DNA from: Ranitomeya imitator
Taxonomy: Eukaryota
NCBI RefSeq assembly: GCF_032444005.1
Contig: NC_091288.1
Span: forward strand, 218,798,001 to 218,862,000
Direction of reading: 5' to 3'
DNA: 64,000 nucleotides
The stretch's first letter is position 1. Each line of letters opens with the position of its first letter. Below are positions 49,823 through 61,600 of the stretch, in pieces. Below the pieces are notes generated by a model, which worked only from the letters and a program-made list of their open reading frames with translations, searched no databases and had not been told where the DNA came from. The translations under genes and the position numbers were made by a program.

Positions 49823-52800
49823 CCATGTACAAGAATATAACTACTATAATACTGCCCCCTATGCACAAGAATATAACTACTATAATACTGCCCCTATGTA
49901 CAAGAATATAACTACTATAATACTGCTCCTGTGTACAAGAATATAACTACTATAATACTGCCCCTATGTACAAGAATATAACTACTATAATACTGCCTCT
50001 ATGTACAAGAATATAACTACTATAATACTGCTCCCTATGTACAAGAATATAACTACTATAATACTGCTCCTGTGTACAAGAATATAACTAATATAATACT
50101 GCTTCTATACACAAGAATATAACTACTATAATACTGTTCCCATGTACAAGAATATAACTACTATAATACTGCCCCTATGTACAAGAATATAACTACTATA
50201 ATACTGCCCCTATATACAGGAATATAACTACTATAATACTGTCCCCTATATACAAGAATATAACTACTATAATACTGCTCCTATGTACAAGAATATAACT
50301 ACTATAATACTGTCCCTATGTACAAGAATATAACTACTATAATACTGCCCCTATGTACAAGAATATAACTACTATAATACTGCCCCTATGTACAAGAATA
50401 TAACTACTATAATACTGACCCTATGTACAAGAATATAACTACTATAATACCGCCCCTATGTACAAGAATATAACTACTATAATACTGACCCTATGTACAA
50501 GAATATAACTACTATAATACCGCCCCTATGTACAAGAATATAACTACTATAATACTGCCCCTATGTACAAGAATATAATTACTATAATACTGCCCCTATG
50601 TACAATAATATAACTACTATAATACAGCTCCTATGTACAAGAATATAACTACTATAATACTGCCACTATGTACAAGAATATAACTACTATAATAATGACC
50701 CTATGTACAAGAATATAACTACTATAATACTGCCCCTATGTACAAGAATATAACTACTATAATACTGCTCCTATGTACAAGAATATAACTACTATAATAC
50801 TGCCCCTATGTACAAGAATATAACTACTATAATACTGCTCCTATGTTCAAGAATATAACTACTATAATACTGCTCCTATGTACAAGAATAGAACTACAAT
50901 AATACTGCCCCTATGTACAAGAATATAACTACTATAATACTGCTCCTATGTTCAAGAATATAACTACTATAATACTGCTCCTATGTTCAAGAATATAACT
51001 ACTATAATACTGCCCCTATGTACAAGAATATAACTCCTATAATACTGCTCCTATGTACAAGAATATAACTACTATCATGCTGCCCCTATGTACAAGAATA
51101 TAACTACTATAATACTGCTCCCTATGTACAAGAATATAACTACTATAATACTGCTCCCTATGTACAAGAATATAACTACTATAATACTGCTCCCTATGTA
51201 CAAGAATATAACTACTATAATACTGCCCCTATATACAAGAATATAACTACTATAATACTGCCCCTATGTACAAGAATATAACTACTATAATACTGCCCCT
51301 ATGTACAAGAATATAACTACTATTATACTGCTCCTATGTACAAGAATATAACTACTATAATACTGCCCCTATGTACAAGAATATAACTACTATAATACTG
51401 CTCCCTATGTACAAGAATATAACTACTATAATACTACTCCTATGTACAAGAATATAACTACTATAATACTGCTCCTATGTACAAGAATATAACTACTATA
51501 ATACTACTCCTATGTACAAGAATATAACTACTATAATATTGCTCCCTATGTACAAGAATATAGCTACTATAATACTGCCCCTATGTACAAGAATATAACT
51601 ACTATAATACTGCCCCTATGTACAAGAATATAACTACTATAATACTGCCCCTATGTACAAGAATATACTATAATACTGCTCCCTATGTACAAAAATATAA
51701 CTACTATAATACTGCCCCCTATGTACAAGAATATGACTACTATAATACTGCCCCCTATGTACAAGAATATGACTACTATAATACTGCCCCCTATGTACAA
51801 GAATATAACTACTATAATACTGCCCCCTATGTACAAGAATATAACTACTATAATACTGCTCCTATGTTCAAGAATATAACTACTATAATACTGCTCTTAT
51901 GTACAAGAATATAACTACTATAATACTGCTCCCTATGTACAAGAATATAACTACTATAAGACCGCCCCTATGTACAAGAATATAACTACTATAATACTGC
52001 CCCTATGTACAAGAATATGACTACTATAATACTGCCCCCTATGTACAAGAATATAACTACTATAATATCGCCCCTATGTACAAGAATATGACTACTATAA
52101 TATCGCCCCTATGTACAAGAATATAACTACTATAATACTGCCCCCTATGCACAAGAATATAACTACTTTAATACTGCCCCTATGTACAAGAATATAACTA
52201 CTATAATACTGCCCCCTATGCACAAGAATATAACTACTTTAATACTGCCCCCTATGTACAAGAATATAACTACTATAATGCTGCCCCTATGTACAAGAAT
52301 ATAACTACTATAATACCGCCCCTATGTACAAGAATATAACTACTATAATACCGCCCCTATGTACAAGAATATAAGTACTATAATACTGTTCTCTATATAG
52401 AAGAATATAACTACTATAATACCGCCCCTATGTACAAGAATATAACTACTATAATACCGCCACTATGTACAAGAATATAAGTACTATAATACTGTTCTCT
52501 ATATAGAAGAATATAACTACTATAATACTGCTCTTATGTACAAGAATATAACTACTATAATACTGCTCCTATGTACAAGAATATAGCTACTATAATACTG
52601 CCCCTATGTACAAGAATATAACTACTATAATACTGCCCCTATGTACAAGAATATAACTACTATAATACTGCCCCTATGTACAAGAATATAACTACTATAA
52701 TACTGCCCCTATGTACAAGAATATAACTACTATAATACTGATCCTATATACAAGAATATAACTACTGTAATACTGCCCCTATGTACAAGAATATAACTAC

Positions 52801-52994
52801 TATAATACTGCCCCTATGTACAAGAATATAACTACTATAATACTGCCCCTATGTACAAGAATATAACTACTATAATACTGCCCCTATGTACAAGAATATA
52901 ACTACTATAATACTGATCCTATATACAAGAATATAACTACTATAATACTGCCCTTGTGTACAAGAATATAACTGCAATAATACTGCCCCTATGT
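49823..52994. repeat. 35/36-bp AT-rich satellite, ~90 copies
   Basis: Unit ATGTACAAGAATATAACTACTATAATACTGCCCCT. Confidence 0.97.
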
Positions 52995-53161
52995 CATTTT
53001 CTCTGGATTTGCTGAGTGCTTTTTCTTGTGTTTTCGTCACTCAGGGACTGAGGCAGGATAAGTGAGATTTGTTGCCTGCAGTTATCATTATGGAGAAGTT
53101 TTTGAAAATGAAACCTCATTATTTCCGGGACACAACAGCTATATGATGCGGCTGCAGTGCA

Positions 53162-53750
53162 GTGTAGCACAACCTCCACCAGGGGGTGCCGGCGAGGGAA
53201 GAGATCACACACTCATAGGGCAGCAACACTGAACAGCCGCACAGGTGTCACAGGTAACGAAAGAGTGGTCAGACGAGCTGAGTCAGAACCTGTCAGTAGG
53301 AGAAGTACCAGAAGTAACAGCAATACACAAAGTCAGAGACAAGCCAGAAGTCAGAGCCAAACGGGAGCTCGGTATCCAAAATGTGAGCGGTAAGACGAAG
53401 TCGGGGTACAAGCCAGAGAGTCAGAGCCGGTCGGGAAACGTGGTATCAGAGACGGAAAACAAGAGGCAGGGTGCAGAGATCAGGCCGAGTCATACACTGT
53501 AGGGAAACAACCAGACGAACACTAGGGAACGGGTCTAATGCAAATACGGGAAGTCAGAGACAGAAGGATCACCAGGGTATACGGGTCAGCTGCTCTAGCC
53601 TGGAAGCATGAACTATCACTGACGCAGGCCAGCAGACTGCAGTGGACCGAAAAAGCCCAGCCAGCTCCAAAATGAGGCCGAGGGGATTAACCCCCGCATG
53701 ACCAGTCCAGAGAGAGCATAGCAGGAAAAAAAAACGAACTGGATCATGAC
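53162..53750. mobile_element. Possible degenerate LTR-like element
   Basis: Purine-rich GTCAGAG/CAAGCCAGA sub-repeats resembling amphibian LTR interiors, a TG start and a CATGAC end; no clear TSD. CTCF-like CCACCAGGGGGTGC at 53176-53189. Confidence 0.3.
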
Positions 53751-53909
53751 TAGCTGTATACGAAGCAGCTGAGATGCAGTACCAATGGCAATCAGTACAG
53801 TCCTGTGTCTCCATTAGACACATTGCTTCCATTGAGGTTTTATTGCAAACATGATTTTTTAGTACTTGGAGATTTTTGTGTTCTACTGTATGTCATTATC
53901 CCCATAACA

Positions 53910-55615
53910 CTGTCCCATAGAAGTCAATAGGTGATGGTCACAGGTCACCTCCACCCCGGACTTCTGCACAGGTCAGAGAGCACGCCAACAACACTCTCCC
54001 ATAGAAGTCAATAGGTGATGGTCACAGCTCACCTCCTCCCTGGACTTCTGCACAGGTCAGAGAGCACGCCAACAACAGTCTCCCATAGAAGTCAATAGGT
54101 GATGGTCACAGCTCACCTCCTCCCTGGACTTCTGCACAGGTCAGAGAGCACGCCCACAACACTCTCCTGTCACGATAATATGAATATGCCATGTTTTGAG
54201 TATATACCTAAAAGGTTCATGGCTTTTCAGACACACGCTGTGGGCTTTTCCGACCCCCCTCTTCACTCTGCCTAGAAATTTGTTCTCCTCTTTTTACCTA
54301 CAGGCAACTCCCTGCCCCTTGCTCTATAGTGTAATTTGAGCCCAGTGTGCCTGCAGCACTCACTGGAATCACTGAAGAAATTTTATGGCTCGGAGCTGCG
54401 ATAGTCAGTCTGTCCCTAACTCCTCATTCCCCCTCTCGCCTAATACCAGACAAAACTGGTGCAGAAACTGCATGGGTGTCTTTTGTTTTTGTAAAGTTAT
54501 GTATACTGGCACCGATCCGGGCTAGAGATATAAGGATTATATATTCCGGATGTCCATCGAGAGATCTATAGCTCACTGAAATCACTAGGAGCTAAACCCA
54601 ACGAGTTGCAAGGAGCGCATTTCTCCATAAGCGGGTCATGTTTCTACGCTGTGCTTATAGTTAAAAGAACCCCCCTGATGTGGTGAACATCCTGATCTTT
54701 GTGTTGTTCGTATACGAAGTTCATACAGCGAGTTATGTATAGAAATGGTTTGTCATAACTCTAAGAAAAGGGGGGATTCAGCATCTGAGTGAGGTCACCA
54801 CAGGGGGAGTGCCTTGGTTTTAGGCTGGGAAATAAGTGAATGGGTCTAGCTCCGAGATGGATGTGATGCATCTTGATGTGTCCCCTGAGCACATGGTCAG
54901 CCATGATATGAAATGATCTGAACGAAATGTGTTTTTCAACTTTAATCCCATTTTATTTGTAATTGTACTGTACATACGATACTTGTCTACTTTTATAATA
55001 CCTTCTTATACTTCTGTAAACACTGCCTACCCCTTTTGGAGTAAAATATATAAAATTATTAGCTTTGTCTTTCCTTGCTCTATAATGAACTGTCGTGTCC
55101 TCTGAATTGAATCACACTACTATTTTGGGTTGGCTGCGGACCTGGTATTTATTAAGAAATTGGAGCTGGTGGCAGTGGATTTGTCCTGTGCGTTTGGGAG
55201 TCTTTGTAGCGACTGGCGGAGTTTATAATTATTGTTCCCGCCTGAGTGGGAGTAGTTATATCGCCCTCGCTGCAGGGTGCCCATTAGCCAGTACAAAGTA
55301 AGGCAGCCTTTCTGGCGACTAATTATCCTAGGTGCAGTACCCTCTCTGACCTGAGTGTTAGGGGGCGCCAGAGAGCTGCAAGTTCCAAACCGGAAGTGGG
55401 ATATAGATAAATCCCCTTCAGAAAGGAACCAGGGGCAACCAAACAACCCCGGTTCATGACAAATTGGTGTGAGTGATGGGGAAAATAAGGGTATCCTCCA
55501 TGCGAACCGTGACATCTCCCATAGAAGTCAATAGGTGATGGTCACAGGTCACCTCCTCCCCGGACGTCTGCACAGGTCAGAGAGCACGCCCACAACACTG
55601 TCCCGTAGAAGTCAA
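53910..55615. repeat. 84-bp tandem repeat (3 copies, then ~1 more after the LTR insertion)
   Basis: The ATAG of CCCATAGAAGTCAATAGG falls at 53917, 54001 and 54085, and resumes at 55521. Confidence 0.88.
54168..55514. mobile_element. Solo LTR (1347 bp)
   Basis: Termini TGTCACG...CGTGACA; 5-bp TSD TCTCC at 54163-54167 and 55515-55519; no coding sequence. Confidence 0.85.
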
Positions 55616-56035
55616 TGACTATCCTTAGAGTAGACTATGGTTTCCTATGATCCGTGTCCCCTGACGCTGTAGTCTCTTGTGGGTGTGACATGTTACACAC
55701 AAAGGTCTCTCAGGTGACCCCTGAGACTTGTGATGTCCGATGCTGCACATATCCACCCTCAGGCTGTGGCACATGGAGTTTTTTGAGGATTTTTTGGATC
55801 AGAAACAATCCAGCTCCTCCAAATCTTTGAGTTTCTGATCAAGTTCAGCTAGACGGGTGGCTGACAGCTACAAGGACACAGGTGGGTGTGGGGACAGCGC
55901 CTTCTCCAGACAACACGGGGTTAATCAGAGGAACTGGAAAAACTGCATTTTCTGTTTATCATGTATGAGGAGGACGCCTCGCCCCCGCTCATCCCACCCC
56001 CGACTCCAACATCTGCGCTGCCGGACTGGGACTGA

Positions 56036-58005
56036 CCCCCAGAGCTGACGCTCCATCCACCGAAGAATCTACACTGGACGCACCGACCCCAAGAGCTGAC
56101 GCTCCGTCCACCGAGGAATCTACACCGGATGCACCGACCCCAAGAGCTGACGCTCCATCCACGGAGGAATCTACACCTGCCGCACCGACCCCAAGAGCTG
56201 ACGCTCCATCCACCGAGGAATCTACACCGGATGCACCGACCCCAAGAGCTGACGCTCCATCCACGGAGGAATCTACACCTGCCGCACCGACCCCAAGAGC
56301 TGACGCTCCGTCCACCGAGGAATCTACACCGGATGCACCGACCCCAAGAGCTGACGCTCCATCCACGGAGGAATCTACACCTGCCGCACCGACCCCAAGA
56401 GCTGACGCTCCATCCACCGAGGAATCTACACCGGACGCTCTGACCCCAAGAGCTGACGCTCCAACCACCGAGGAATCTACACCGGACGCTCTGACCCCAA
56501 GAGCTGACGCTCCAACCACCGAGGAATCTACATCTGCCGCACCGACCCCAAGAGCTGACGCTCCTTCCACCGAGGAATCTACACCGGACGCACCGACCCC
56601 AAGAGCTGACGTTCCATCCACTAAGGAATCTACTCCGGACACACCGACCCGAAGAGCTGACGCTCCATCCACCGAAGAATCTACACCGGACGCACTGACC
56701 CCAAGAGCTGACGCTCCAACCACCGAGGAATCTACACCAGACGCACCGACCTGAAGAGCTGACGCTCCATCCACCGAGGAATCTACACCGGACACACTGA
56801 CCCCAAGAGCTGACGCTCCAACCACCGAGGAATCTACACCAGACGCACCGACCTGAAGAGCTGACGCTCCATCCACCGAGGAATCTACACCGGACACACT
56901 GACCCCAAGAGCTGACGCTCCAACCACCGAGGAATCTAAACTGGACGCACCGACCTGAAGAGCTGACGCTCCATCCACCGAGGAATCTACACCGGACACA
57001 CCGACCCCAAGAGCTGACGCTCCAACCACCGAGGAATCTACTCCGGACACACCGACCTGAAGAGCTGACGTTCCAACCACCGAGGAATCTACACCGGACG
57101 CACCGACCCCAAGAGCTGACGCTCCAACCACCGAGGAATCTAAACTGGACGCACCGACCTGAAGAGCTGACGCTCCAACCACCGAGGAATCTAAACTGGA
57201 CGCACCGACCTGAAGAGCTGACACTCCAACCACCGAGGAATCTACACCGGACACACCGACCCCAAGAGCTGACGCTCCATCCACTGAGGAATCTACACCG
57301 GACACACCGACCTAGAGAGCTGACGCTCCAACCACCGAGGAATCTACACCGGACACACCGACCCCAAGAGCTGACGCTCCATCCACTGAGGAATCTACAC
57401 CGGACACACCAACTTGAAGAGCTGACGCTCCATCCACTGAGGAATCTAAACTGGACGCACCGACCTGAAGAGCTGACGCTCCATCCACTGAGGAATCTAC
57501 ACCGGACACACTGACCCCAAGAGCTGACGCTCCATCCACTGAGCAATCTACACCGGACACACTGACCCCAAGAGCTGACGCTCCATCCACTGAGGAATCT
57601 ACACCGGACACACCGACCTGAAGAGCTGACGCTCCAACCACCGAGGAATCTACACCGGACACACCGACCCCAAGAGCTGACGCTCCATCCACTGAGGAAT
57701 CTACACCGGACACACCAACTTGAAGAGCTGACGCTCCATCCACTGAGGAATCTAAACTGGACGCACCGACCTGAAGAGCTGACGCTCCATCCACCGAGGA
57801 ATCTACACCGGACGCACCGACCTTAAGAGCTGACGCTCCATCCACTGAGGAATCTACACCGGACACACCGACCTGAAGAGCTGACGCTCCATCCACTGAG
57901 GAATCTACACCGGACACACTGACCCCAAGAGCTGACGCTCCATCCACTGAGGAATCTACACCGGACACACTGACCCCAAGAGCTGACGCTGCAACCACCG
58001 AGGAA
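56036..58005. repeat. 51-bp (17-codon) tandem repeat, ~39 copies, no indels seen
   Basis: Unit CCAAGAGCTGACGCTCCATCCACCGAGGAATCTACACCGGACGCACCGACC. The plus frame reads PRADAPSTEESTPDAPT with recurrent TGA variants; the minus frame reads SGVDSSVDGASALGVGA. Confidence 0.95.
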
Positions 58006-58084
58006 AGGAAACCCCCAGCAAAGGTACAAGACTCCCGAAACATGATGGGGATGTAGTGTGGAGAATCAAACAGGATAATATTGG

Positions 58085-58300
58085 ATACACAGTTCAGCAG
58101 ACAGTATCACACAGGAGAGGATTAGATACACGGCTCAGCAGACAGTATCACACAGGAGAGGATTAGATACACGGCTCAGCAGTCAGTATCACACAGGAGA
58201 GGATTAGATACACAGTAGTCAGTATCACACAGGAGAGGATTAGATACACAGTAGTCAGTATCACACAGGAGAGGATTAGATACACAGTAGTCAGTATCAC
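58085..58300 (-). repeat. Short inverted arm of the 41-bp satellite (~5 units)
   Basis: CAGCAGACAGTATCACACAGGAGAGGATTAGATACACGGCT is the reverse complement of the 58665-64000 unit. Confidence 0.9.
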
Positions 58301-58382
58301 ACACAGAGCAGTAATTGCAGGAACATCTTTTGCTTTGTGCCCATGTTACTTTCACATCTATAGGGAATCATTGCACCTGCCG

Positions 58383-58396
58383 CCACCAGGGGGCGC
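58383..58396 (+). promoter_or_regulatory. Canonical CTCF motif
   Basis: CCACCAGGGGGCGC, in the context CCGCCACCAGGGGGCGCTCT, matches the CTCF core consensus. Confidence 0.7.
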
Positions 58397-58664
58397 TCTG
58401 TACACTGTATATTGGGACACGCCCCCTCCAGGTGATTCTCCTGATCTACAGGTCACGTGGTGGGATTTTCTCCTGAACGATTCCCCGGAGCGGCGGCGTC
58501 AGCGGGTGATTATATCTCTGGTGACATTTCCACCGGTGCGGGTGACGGCGGCGCCAGATGTAGGGATTAACTATATCTGAGATGTGGACGAGAAATCACA
58601 AACCAGCAAATTGTACAGATGTGATCATAACATGGACACAAAGCAAAGGATGTTCCTGCAATTA

Positions 58665-61600
58665 CTGCTGAGCCGTGTATCTAATCCTATATTGTGTGAT
58701 ACTGACTGCTGAGCCGTGTATCTAATCCTCTCCTGTGTGATACTGACTGCTGAGCCGTGTATCTAATCCTCTCCTGTGTGATACTGACTGCTGAGCCGTG
58801 TATCTAATCCTCTCCTGTGTGATACTGACTGCTGAGCGTGTATCTAATCCTCTCCTGTGTGATACTGACTGCTGAGCTGTGTATCTAATCCTATCCTGTG
58901 TGATACTGTCTGCTGAGCCGTGTATCTAATCCTCTCCTGTGTGATACTGACTGCTGAGCTATGTATCTAATCCTATCCTGTGTGATACTGACTGCTGAGC
59001 CGTGTATCTAATCCTCTCCTGTGTGATACTGACTGCTGAGCCGTGTATCTAATCCTATCCTGTGTGATACTGTCTGCTGAGTTGTGTATCTAATCCTCTC
59101 CTGTGTGATACTGACTGCTGAGTTGTGTATCTAATCCTCTCCTGTGTGATACTGTCTGCTGAGTTGTGTATCTAATCCTCTCCTGTGTGATACTGACTGC
59201 TGAGTTGTGTATCTAATCCTATCCTGTGTGATACTGACTGCTGAGCCGTGTATCTAATCCTATCCTGTGTGATACTGACTGCTGAGCCGTGTATCTAATC
59301 CTCTCCTGTGTGATACTGACTGCTGAGCCGTGTATCTAATCCTCTCCTGTGTGATACTGTCTGCTGAGCCGTGTATCTAATCCTCTCCTGTGTGATACTG
59401 TCTGCTGAGCCGTGTATCTAATCCTCTCCTGTGTGATACTGACTGCTGAGCCGTGTATCTAATCCTCTCCTGTGTGATACTGTCTGCTGAGCCGTGTATC
59501 TAATCCTCTCCTGTGTGATACTGTCTGCTGAGCCGTGTATCTAATCCTCTCCTGTGTGATACTGACTGCTGAGCCGTGTATCTAATCCTCTCCTGTGTGA
59601 TACTGACTGCTGAGCCGTGTATCTAATCCTATCCTGTGTGATACTGACTGCTGAGCCGTGTATCTAATCCTCTCCTGTGTGATACTGTCTGCTGAGCCGT
59701 GTATCTAATCCTCTCCTGTGTGATACTGACTGCTGAGCCGTGTATCTAATCCTCTCCTGTGTGATACTGTCTGCTGAGCCGTGTATCTAATCCTCTCCTG
59801 TGTGATACTGTCTGCTGAGCCGTGTATCTAATCCTCTCCTGTGTGATACTGACTGCTGAGCCGTGTATCTAATCCTCTCCTGTGTGATACTGACTGCTGA
59901 GCCGTGTATCTAATCCTATCCTGTGTGATACTGACTGCTGAGCCGTGTATCTAATCCTATCCTGTGTGATACTGACTGCTGAGCCGTGTATCTAATCCTC
60001 TCCTGTGTGATACTGACTGCTGAGCTGTGTATCTAATCCCATCCTGTGTGATACTGACTGCTGAGCCATGTATCTAATCCTCTCCTGTGTGATACTGACT
60101 GCTGAGCCGTGTATCTAATCCTCTCCTGTGTGATACTGACTGCTGAGCCGTGTATCTAATCCTCTCCTGTGTGATACTGACTGCTGAGCCGTGTATCTAA
60201 TCCTCTCCTGTGTGATACTGACTGCTGAGCCGTGTATCTAATCCTATCCTGTGTGATACTGACTGCTGAGCCGTGTATCTAATCCTATATTGTGTGATAC
60301 TGACTGCTGAGCCGTGTATCTAATCCTCTCCTGTGTGATACTGACTGCTGAGCCGTGTATCTAATCCTCTCCTGTGTGATACTGTCTGCTGAGCCGTGTA
60401 TCTAATCCTATCCTGTGTGATACTGACTGCTGAGCCGTGTATCTAATCCTATATTGTGTGATACTGACTGCTGAGCCGTGTATCTAATCCTCTCCTGTGT
60501 GATACTGACTGCTGAGCCGTGTATCTAATCCTCTCCTGTGTGATACTGTCTGCTGAGCCGTGTATCTAATCCTCTCCTGTGATACTGTCTGCTGAGCCGT
60601 GTATCTAATCCTATCCTGTGTGATACTGTCTGCTGAGCTGTGTATCTAATCCTATCCTGTGTGATACTGACTGCTGAGCCGTGTATCTAATCCTCTCCTG
60701 TGTGATACTGACTGCTGAGCCGTGTATCTAATCCTCTCCTGTGTGATACTGACTGCTGAGCGTGTATCTAATCCTCTCCTGTGTGATACTGACTGCTGAG
60801 CCGTGTATCTAATCCTATCCTGTGTGATACTGACTGCTGAGCTGTGTATCTAATCCTATCCTGTGTGATACTGTCTGCTGAGCCGTGTATCTAATCCTCT
60901 CCTGTGTGATACTGCTGAGCTGTGTATCTAATCCTCTCCTGTGTGATACTGACTGCTGAGCCGTGTATCTAATCCTATCCTGTGTGATACTGTCTGCTGA
61001 GCCGTGTATCTAATCCTCTCCTGTGTGATACTGACTGCTGAGCCGTGTATCTAATCCTATCCTGTGTGATACTGTCTGCTGAGCCGTGTATCTAATCCTC
61101 TCCTGTGATACTGTCTGCTGAGCCGTGTATCTAATCCTATATTGTGTGATACTGACTGCTGAGCCGTGTATCTAATCCTCTCCTGTGTGATACTGACTGC
61201 TGAGCTGTGTATCTAATCCTCTCCTGTGTGATACTGTCTGCTGAGCTGTGTATCTAATCCTCTCCTGTGATACTGTCTGCTGAGCCGTGTATCTAATCCT
61301 ATATTGTGTGATACTGACTGCTGAGCCGTGTATCTAATCCTATATTGTGTGATACTGACTGCTGAGCCGTGTATCTAATCCTCTCCTGTGTGATACTGAC
61401 TGCTGAGCCGTGTATCTAATCCTATCCTGTGTGATACTGACTGCTGAGCCGTGTATCTAATCCTATATTGTGTGATACTGACTGCTGAGCCGTGTATCTA
61501 ATCCTCTCCTGTGTGATACTGTCTGCTGAGCCGTGTATCTAATCCTCTCCTGTGATACTGTCTGCTGAGCCGTGTATCTAATCCTATCCTGTGTGATACT

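Noticed and set aside
56752-57900. Recurrent in-frame TGA codons in the 51-bp repeat as selenocysteine or programmed readthrough
   Set aside because: No SECIS or readthrough context was identified, a TAG and a TAA also occur at the same unit position, and spread of a variant unit explains the pattern.
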